A DNA stretch of 64,000 nt, taken from Macrostomum lignano. Lineage: Eukaryota. Shown here in pieces: positions 38,096 to 64,000 of the stretch. A program made the translations under genes and the position numbers. How positions within the stretch are numbered: position 1 is the first letter of the stretch; each line of letters opens with the position of its first letter. The stretch spans positions 1 to 64,000 of the forward strand of contig NIVC01000223.1 in the NCBI GenBank assembly GCA_002269645.1. The letters run 5' to 3'. Below the pieces are notes generated by a model. It saw only the letters and a list, made by a program, of their open reading frames with translations, made no database searches and was not told where the DNA came from.

Positions 38096-38999
38096 GTTTT
38101 GGTTTCTTCCTGACTAATCACATTATGTCTACATCCATAATAGGGGGTTGAATATGAAACCTCTATAATGGGCTGAATATGAAACCTCTATAATGGGCTG
38201 AATATTAAACAGTTTAATAAAGCTCCAATAACTACAATGGTTTAAGTCTTACAAAACAAGCCTTTCTTCTAGGATTAAGTTCGGACCTTGCTTTCTATAG
38301 TTGTGGAGCCAACTCTGCTAGACAGACTCAATATATCCGTGAGTCGAGGGACGAGCTAATAGCCTAGGATAGAGTTGGGATGGGGATAAAGAGACATGAA
38401 TAGGCCAGACCATGCAGATATAAAATTAATAGCCCTAGCAAATTCATGGAGCAGACCGGCTTTAAATTGCATTTGAGCTGCAGTTTATTGCCAGCCGCAC
38501 ACTTTGGGCTGGCGGGTGGTGGGGAGATGACAGCGAATATTGGGAGGAAAAGTGTATTACTAAGCTGAGCGCATAGTCTACTGCAGTGTCAACACAGCCC
38601 AAAAGTGGCTTAATATATAATAGTACTTAATTAAGGCGAGGCTGTAAAATTAGTAGAAAAAAAGATTAAATTGTTCACTTGGGAATTATTGGCACCGTCT
38701 GTGTTTAAAAAGGGGAAGGTTGAGGTCAGCTGGGTTCAGCACAAACTTTTATATATTCTTTTGAAAAGATATCAATCTCAACTTTAATGATATTAGAAAT
38801 GGAGTCAGTATCCCAGTCAATGGCATCAAAGTTAAAAAGATTCCATGTCAAAGTGTGGGCTGTGTTTAATTAAAAATGTGTCATCGCTGAAGGCTGAATA
38901 GATATGCCTTTTGGTGTGAACAATTGTGACTGTAGCTCGTAGACTTCCGAAGGGTTTTGCTATAGAAAGCAGTTTTTTTATAGTAGACAGTGTTGGTAG

Positions 39000-39620
39000 A
39001 TAGGTTTCGGTAGAAAGTGATGTGTCTGTGGTAGACAATGGTGTGTCTGTGGTAGACAATGATTTGTCTGCGGTAGACAATGATGTGTCTGTGGTAGACA
39101 AGGATGTGTCTGCAGTAGACAATGATATCTCTGTGGTAGACAATGATGTGTCTGTGGTAGACAAGGATGTGTCTGTGGTAGACAAGGATGTGTCTGCAGT
39201 AGACAATCATCTCTGTGATAGACAATGATGTGTCTGTGGTAGACAAGGATGTGTCTGCAGTAGACAATGATATCTCTGTGGTAGACAATGATGTGTCTGT
39301 GGTAGACAAGGATGTGTCTGTGGTAGACAAGGATGTGTCTGCAGTAGACAATCATCTCTGTGATAGACAATGATGTATCTGTGGTAGACAATGATGTGTC
39401 TGCAGTAGACAATGATATCTCTGTGGTAGACAATGATGTGTCTGTGGTAGACAATGATGTGTCCGTGGTATACCACATGAATCGTCTGCGCTAGACAATG
39501 ATGCATTTGTGTGGTAGACAATGATTTGTCTGCGCTAGAAAATGATGCATTTGTGTGGTAGACAATGATTCGTCTGCGCTAGACAATGATGCATCTGTGT
39601 GTTAGACAATGATGTGTCTG
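39000..39620. repeat. 21-bp minisatellite (GTAGACAATGATGTGTCTGTG)n just upstream of the protocadherin ATG
   Basis: Direct reading. Confidence 0.92.
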
Positions 39621-39735
39621 TGCGGTAGGCACAGGCAGCTATTTTAATGTCGACAAAGAACTTTTAAAATAAAGAGCACACACTATCTCACCACTGTGAA
39701 ACATACCAAAATATTTCTCGCAGAGCGCCAACAGC

Positions 39736-56222
<16,487 letters not shown>

Positions 56223-56339
56223 CGGACGCCATGTGCTGTGAAATTCAGGACTTGATTGAGTTAATTCGTGCGACTAAGGGTTTTAGATATCATTTTTAGG
56301 TCGCGGTGACTGCAAATTACTGAGAGTTAAGGTGAGATT

Positions 56340-57150
56340 AAGGGAGATAGATGCATCTAGAGATAAGCGAAAGCTGTGGGAGATAAAGGGAGAGACAGTG
56401 AGAGATGAAGGGAGAGCCAGGGAGAGATGAAGGGAGAGACTGGGAGAGATGAAGGGAGAGACAGTGAGAGATGAAGGGGAGACAGTGAGAGATGAAGGGA
56501 GAGACAGTAAGAGATGAAGGGAGAGACAGTGAAAGATAAAAGGAAAAAACAGTGAGAGATGAAGGGAGAGACAGTGAGAAATGAAGGGGGAGAAAGAGGT
56601 GAAGGAAGAGACGGTTAGAGATGAAAGGAGATACAGTGAGAGATGAAGGGAGAGACAGTGAGAGATGAAGGAAGATAGAGTGAGAGATGAAGGAAGATAG
56701 AGTGAGAGATGAAGGAAGATAGAGTGAGAGATGAAGGGAGAGACAGTGAGAGATGAAGGGAGAGACAGTGAGAGATGAAGGGAGAGACAGTGAGAGATGA
56801 AGGGAGAGACAGTGAGAGATGAAGGGAGAGACAGTGAGAGATGAAGGGAGAGACAGTGAGAGATGAAGGGAGAGACAGTGAGAGATGAAGGGAGAGACAG
56901 TGAGAGATGAAGGGAGAGACAGTGAGAGATGAAGGGAGAGACAGTGAGAGATGAAGGGAGAGACAGTGAGAGATGAAGGGAGAGACAGGGAGAGATGAAG
57001 GGAGAGAAAGAGGTGAAGGAAGAGACGGTTAGAGATGAAAGGAGATACAGTGAGAGATGAAGGGAGAGACAGTGAAAGATAAAAGGAAAAAACAGTGAGA
57101 GATGAAGGGAGAGACAGGGAGAGATGAAGGGAGAGATAGAGATGAAGGAA
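56340..57150. repeat. 22-bp purine-rich minisatellite (GAGAGATGAAGGGAGAGACAGT)n
   Basis: Direct reading. Confidence 0.94.
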
Positions 57151-57924
57151 GACAATTTAGAAACATTTCCGAATTTAGCGCAGTCTCCCCTCATTTATAG
57201 TACTTACATGTATAAACCGCAATATTTTCCATTGTTTGAAAAAAACAAAGCTATTTTTGTTATAAAAAAGTAATTTTTCAAATTTTCATACCTATATACT
57301 CAAATCCGCTTTTCAAACTTGCTCTAACAAAAATTTCAGTTTAATTTGCTTTTCTGCCCAAGTCTAAATTTTTCGCTTCTGCAAATGCTGCTACTAACAG
57401 TAATTGAATGTATTTTAATATTTTTATTGTTGTCACTAATCTGTCTGTGAACAAAAACAGCTGCTTTTAACTTTCACGCCGAATTGTGAAACTAGAAAAA
57501 ATTCGCCACAGACTCACCTAAAAAGCATTTTTGTAAAGCCTTTGCATATAAGCGATTACTAAAACAGCATATCGCACTACTTAATCCTACTTCTATTTGA
57601 TAGTAGTATAAAATGCGCATCAATATTGTTTTATTTGTATTGTGTTAGCTTATTGGCAATAATTTCTTTGGAAAAATGATTAAATTTTAGTTCCACTTAT
57701 TATGTGAATTAAGTGCATGTTTATTATTCGAATTCTCTAAGCTTAATTTTATGAACTTTTTGTCACCGCGCGTTTAAAGTTTAACCAATACAAAATTTTA
57801 AATATACTGCCAATATAATGCTGACTCTGATGCTGCAATAATTGCTTTTAACAGCTGCGTACCAGAGTCTGCATGGAATAAAATATTTCCTTGCTATTAA
57901 AAGATTTTTTTTCTTTTTTCTTTG

Positions 57925-58175
57925 CTCAAGGACTCACGACATGGGGGTTGGGGGTTCGATTCCCGATCCCACTGGAACAATTTGTGTCCCTGAGCAAGAC
58001 ACTTAACTCTGCATTGCTTCAGTTCACCCAGCTGTAAAATGGGTGCCAGCATTAGCTGGGATAATTGAGGCTGTGTGTGGCGACCCCCCAGTCCTTGGAT
58101 TGAACAGCCGTACGCAGCCTTCAGATGCGCTGCGCAATAGCTGCGGCTGAGCTGTCGGTTGCACATCTGCCCATT
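57925..58175 (+). mobile_element. tRNA-derived SINE with a conserved central domain (V/Meta-type-like)
   Basis: Pol III B-box GGTTCGATTCC at 57953-57963, then GTGTCCCTGAGCAAGACACTTAAC and CAGTTCACCCAGCTGTAAAATGGGTGCC, motifs typical of aquatic-animal SINE superfamilies; A-box not clearly intact. Confidence 0.65.
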
Positions 58176-58179
58176 AGTA

Positions 58180-58800
58180 GATCCTCAGATCCTCAAATCC
58201 TCTGATCCTCATCCTCAGATCCTCAAATTCTCAGATCCATAAATCCTCAAATCCTCAAATTCCCTGATCCTCAAATTCTCAAATTCTCAGATCCTCAAAT
58301 CCTCAGATGCTCAAATCCTCAGATTAATTAGTCCTCAAATCCTTAAATTCTCAAATCCTCAGATGCTCAAGTCCTCAGATTAATTAGTCCTCAAATCCTT
58401 AAATTCTCAAATTCTCAGATCCTCAAATCCTCAGATCCTCAAATCCTCAGATTAATTAGTCCTCAAATCCTTAAATTCTCAAATTCTCAGATCCCCAAAT
58501 CCTCAGATGCTCAAATCCTCAGATGCTCAAATCCTCAAATTCTCAGATCTTCAGATCCTCAGATGCTCAAATCCTCCAATTCTCAGATCCTCAAATCCTC
58601 AGATCCCCACATTCTCAGATTCTCAGATCCCCGAATTCTCAGATTCTCAAACTCTCAGATCCTCATTCTCAGATTTCAAAATTCTCATCCTCAAATCCTC
58701 AGATCCATAAATCCTCAAATCCTCAAATTCTCAGATCCGCAATTGCTCAAATTCTTAGACCCTCAGATCCTCAGGTCTTTAGATTCTCAAATCCTCAATT
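58180..58800. repeat. (ATCCTCAA/ATCCTCAG/ATTCTCAG)n degenerate 9-bp-type repeat
   Basis: Direct reading. Confidence 0.85.
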
Positions 58801-59284
58801 TTTAGAATTCTTCAGACCCCATGCTGATCTGCCAAACCCATTATATCCCAATTTTCTCCCAAGAATTATCCCGTCATTCATTTTCCTTGCGAGATTCCCC
58901 ATTCCATTTTCACGACCCCATCGTTCATTCAGCCATGCAGTTTATCGTTGTGCCGGTTTTAAAGTGAATGGGATTCTATTCCCAAAGCGATCAGACTCTG
59001 TTGCAGTTGTGGCAGAACTCTAAAAGTACACCACACACTGGCTCGCGCCTGCAGTGTGACATGGTTACTAAAAATTTTTTTCGCTCTATCGAACTGAAAC
59101 TCTGAACCAAACAGCGAGTCATGCCTCTCCCGCGCTCTGTGACAGCTCGGTAATACGCGAGTAGAAAATTTATGACTCTAAAATAACTGGAGCGAATCAC
59201 AAATGGGTTGCCGGCAGTCCAGTGTAGTGGAGCATGGACTTCAATCATTTGACTACTGTCACGACTGCATTGATCGGTATTGTG

Positions 59285-60260
59285 AATAAATAGTCAAAGC
59301 TGTGTCAGATAGGGCCTCATTTTGTGTCAGATAGTGTCTCATTTTGTGTCAGATAGAGTTTCATTTTGTGTCAGATAGAGCCTCATTTTGTGTCAGATAG
59401 AGCCTCATTTTGTGTCAGATAGTGTCCCATTGTGTCTGCAGATAGAGCCTCATTTTGTCTCAGATAGTGTCTCATTTTGTGTCAGATAGTGTCTCATTTT
59501 GTGTCAGATAGAGTTTCATTTTGTGTCAGATAGAGCCTCATTTTGTGTCAGATAGAGCCTCATTTTGTGTCAGATAGTGTCCTATTGTGTCTGCAGATAG
59601 AGCCTCATTTTGTCTCAGATAGTGTCTCATTTTGTGTCAGATAGAGCCTCATTTTGTGTCAGATAGTGTCCCATTGTGTCTGCAGATAGAGCCTCATTTT
59701 GTGTCAGATAGAGCCTCATTTTGTGTCAGATAGTGTCTCATTTTGTGTCAGATAGAGCCTCATTTTGTGTCAGATAGTGTCTCATTTTGTGTCAGATAGA
59801 GCCTCATTTTGTGTCAGATAGTGTCTCATTTTGTGTCAGATAGAGCCTCATTTTGTGTCAGATAGAGCCTCATTTTGTGTCAGATAGAGCCTCATTGTGT
59901 CTGCAGATAGAGCCTCATTTTGTGTCAGATAGAGCCTCATTTTGTGTCAGATAGTGTCTCATTTTGTGTCAGATAGAGCCTCATTTTGTGTCAGATAGTG
60001 TCTCATTTTGTGTCAGATAGAGCCTCATTTTGTGTCAGATAGAGCCTCATTTTGTGTCAGATAGAGCCTCATTTTGTGTCAGATAGAGCCTCATTTTGTG
60101 TCAGATAGAGCCTCATTTTGTGTCAGATAGAGCCTCATTTTGTGTCAGAGGGTAGGTTATTTAAGTCAGATAGAGCCTCATTTTGTGTCAGATAGAGCCT
60201 CATTTTGTGTCAGAGGGATCGGTTATTTGTGTCAGATGGACCTATTACTTGTGTCAGATA
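59285..60260. repeat. 22-bp minisatellite (GTGTCAGATAGAGCCTCATTTT)n
   Basis: Direct reading. Confidence 0.95.
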
Positions 60261-61274
60261 GAGGCATGACTTGTATCAGGAAATGAATAGTTTGTGTCAG
60301 ATAACTGAATACCCGCTGCCAAACAGCTTCAATAACTTTGTCTCAGTGACAGAAGAATACATGAAAACTTAGATAATGTTCAAGACTGCAAGCTCTCTCT
60401 ATGTGCTGTCAATCAAATTATAAGAATGGCATTCTCTAAGAGTCGCTCCTGCCCCCCGCAGTTTAAATGTACAAGTCAACAAAAAGCTTCCAATACTTTC
60501 TACGGAGAATAAATTCTCCTTATTACTAAATTAGTTTCCTCTTAATCTCTTCTGATTATGGGATCGCAGATCTATAAACAGAATGCTCGATAATTTGACT
60601 CTGCACTGTACTGTACTGTATTTGCGTGGAGGGTTTGGGTTCGGGCAGTTAGGGAGTTCTCCCCCAGGCACTGAGATGCATGCGATGTACAGCCAGTCGC
60701 GTTGATAGCAGTACAGGGGGACAAAATGTACACGCGCAGTAACCCCCTTCTCGCCTTGAATCTTCCTCACCCTCCCGAGTTCCTCCCTTCTCGACTCAAT
60801 CTAATCTCTCTCTCCCCTGAACTGTACATTGGAGAATCTGTTTGAGAGGCTAGAATTTGAGTTGGAAGGGCGAGGGCCTGAAAATTCCTAATTCTCTATT
60901 CCCAATATAGTGAAGCTCCGTGTGTTTTTATAACTTGCTGCTTGGGCAGGTCAAACTGCAAAGTCAGAATATCTCTTGTAATAACTTGTTAAAAATACGA
61001 GGTTGAATTTGTGCGCGATTTGTTTAATTCTACATTCTCTTTTATCTATAGAGAGGCGACGACAAACAGATAACTTCTTCCGGTGAGATTGCTGTTCTTT
61101 TTTTATTGCTTTCGTAATTTCTTGCTAGTTGGCGAAAATTCTGCACCGGAAATTGCTTTGAACTGCCGCAGTTGCTTGTTTGTGCAGACGGGAAGTACCA
61201 GTAGGTAGAATAGAAGCGGTTAAACTACCTGTATAGGCATCCATTTGCCTGCATGGCAGTGTAGATATGCTATC

Positions 61275-62025
<751 letters not shown>

Positions 62026-62439
62026 CATGACTGTCCCGATACTGTAAGCCCCTTCTCATTATCACCCATTATCTCATAGCCTGTTTCTCTTGCACCGCAT
62101 TTTACAACAGGCTCTGATCACAATTGCAAATTGTAAAACAGGTTCACTCCAACCGCGCCAGGAGACCAGAGTTAACAGGGGCGGCAAGTGCGCAGAACAA
62201 CCCCACCTCTCCTCCCGATTCGCAATTTGCAGGTATTCATGCAGATTGTGGAATTAAGATTGTGGACAGGTTTTGGCGCACGAGCGTCAAAGAAGACAAA
62301 CAAAGTTTTTGTAGATGTGTGGGGTAGCGGGTCATTACAGGCAGGTCAGGCCTATAAAGTTTAGGTTTACCACTGCGGCGGGACATGCACCATTAAGCAA
62401 GAACTGTTGTGACATTGTGCAATATTAATTGAACTTCAG

Positions 62440-62519
62440 TCTCCTGAAGTAAATATTGTGATTGCCGATTTTGCAACAATGTCGCTCAGTGCGTCGCCTT
62501 ACTTGGCTGGGCAGCCCAG
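62440..62519 (+). CDS. Candidate small alternative 3' exon (SPEVNIVIADFATMSLSASPYLAGQP)
   Basis: aacttcag| acceptor and CCCAG|GTGAGG donor; a phase 0 start and phase 2 end bridge the 56063 donor to the 62935 exon; no homology support. Confidence 0.4.
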
Positions 62520-62549
62520 GTGAGGTTCGCAATCCTCTGGATTCAGGTC

Positions 62550-62815
62550 CATCAGACCCTCAGGTCCCTCAGACGCTCAGGTCCCTCAGACGCTCAGGTC
62601 CCTATGACCCTCAGGTCCCTCAGACCCTCAGGTCCCTATGACCCTCAGGTCCCTCAGACCCTCAGGTCCCTCAGACAATCAGGTCCCTATGACCCTCAGG
62701 TCCCTCAGACGCTCAGGTCCCTCAGACCTTCAGGTCCCTATGACCCTCAGGTCCCTCAGACCTTCAGGTCCCTCAGATCCTCAGGTCCCTCAGACCCTCA
62801 GGACCCTCAGACCCT
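62550..62815. repeat. 17-bp minisatellite (GACCCTCAGGTCCCTCA)n
   Basis: Fills most of candidate intron 62520-62934. Confidence 0.92.
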
Positions 62816-62934
62816 TACTCCAAATCCAAACCCTCAGGTCCTCAAATTCTTAAATCTTCAGGGCCTCAGACTCTTACCCTCAGGCCAGTGTGACTACTCA
62901 TTCTCCCCCATCTTTCGATCCCCATCGCTCGCAG

Positions 62935-63221
62935 ATCCCAATCCATGATGGAGCCGCTGCACGAGTGCCAGACGGAGGCGGACCAGCAGATTCTGCAGAA
63001 TCCTCCCCATCAACGACCGCATCAGCAGCCCCATCATCACCTGCCTTACCTGCACCGTCAGCGAGACTATTCAACGACCTCCTCGGCGAGTCAGATTGGC
63101 AGCGGCGTCAGTAGGAGCAGCTCGCGCGTTTCGTTTGCCACTTCTCAGCGAGACAGCAGCAATCTGGACGATGTGCTGGAGCAGCTGAACACTGAGCTGG
63201 GCAGCTTGCGGAAGCAGCACG
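62935..63221 (+). CDS. Candidate distal cytoplasmic exon (SQSMMEPLHE...NLDDVLEQLNTELGSLRKQH), probably continuing beyond the window
   Basis: ctcgcag| acceptor; GC-rich, coding-like, Q/H/S-rich; CACG|GTAGGC candidate donor followed directly by a minisatellite, as in the other introns. Confidence 0.55.
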
Positions 63222-63246
63222 GTAGGCCGGATCCAAGTTTGGTGAC

Positions 63247-63650
63247 AGACAACCACCTCATTAAAATAGACAACCACCTCATTCAAATAGACAATCACCT
63301 CATTCAAATAGACAACCACCTCATTCAAATAGACAACCACCTCATTCAAATAGACAACCACCTCATTCAAATAGACAACCACCTAATTAAAATAGACAAT
63401 CACCTCATTAAAATCGACAACCACCTACTTAAAACAGACAACCACCTATTTAAAATAGCCAACCACCCCATTAAAACAGCCAACCACCCCATTAAAACAG
63501 CCAACCACCCCATTAAAACAGCCAACCACCCCATTAAAACAGTCAACCACCCCATTAAAAAAGACAACAAGGTAATTAAAATAGACAACTACCTACCAAA
63601 AAAAGACAACCATCTCATCAGGATAGACGACCAATTAATTAAAATTGACA
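63247..63650. repeat. 21-bp minisatellite (GACAACCACCTCATTCAAATA)n
   Basis: Produces the IDNHLIQ repeat in ORF 62945-63667. Confidence 0.92.
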
Positions 63651-64000
63651 CCAGCTTCCAACCATAATAATCAAACCTATGGGTATTAAAAAAACTTGAA
63701 AACGCCTCTGAAAAAAGTACTCACTAAAACATGCTTTAGTACTAACAGTAAGCGTTTCTGCAGCTAATTTCAATAATAAACTTATAGCTTCAATACAATA
63801 TTAATATTTCTGCAGAGAACTTGCGCTGCAAAGTGAAATCAATGCTTTAACTACATGTCGCAACGAAAATCTGTTCTCTCCCAGAGCTGACTCATGCACG
63901 GTATCGATACAATCAATGTGCAGCCATATTTAGTGTAGAAGAACATTAGTAACCATTGCATACAGTTCAATGTAGCAAACTATACTCTTAGCTAGCAATA

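Noticed and set aside
62143-62232. Alternative candidate exon ending TTTGCAG|GTATTC
   Set aside because: It would need a phase-1 upstream donor that is not evident, and the acceptor is purine-rich; 62440-62519 fits better.

Overview
This is animal (metazoan) genomic DNA, extremely rich in simple repeats and minisatellites. The repeat style and the polyQ/GC-rich exons are compatible with a free-living flatworm such as Macrostomum, but that is inference only. The one clearly supported gene is a + strand, multi-exon protocadherin: ATG at 39736, signal peptide, seven cadherin repeats, one TM helix, and a cytoplasmic tail with a DSGHG (CM1-like) motif. The shortest complete model has 9 coding exons, ends at TAA 56220-56222 and encodes about 1131 aa. 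Two further candidate 3' exons lie at 62440-62519 and 62935-63221. All six ectodomain introns are phase 0, 0.48-0.78 kb long and largely filled by minisatellites, a different array in each; in two cases a splice site is part of a repeat unit. The first 39 kb holds no recognisable host gene. It contains many minisatellite arrays, a near-identical 4.87-kb tandem duplication (13560-23284) and possible decayed retroelement fragments. A tRNA-derived SINE lies at about 58 kb. Nearly all long ORFs in the supplied track are translations of tandem repeats. Repeat boundaries are approximate, read by eye.
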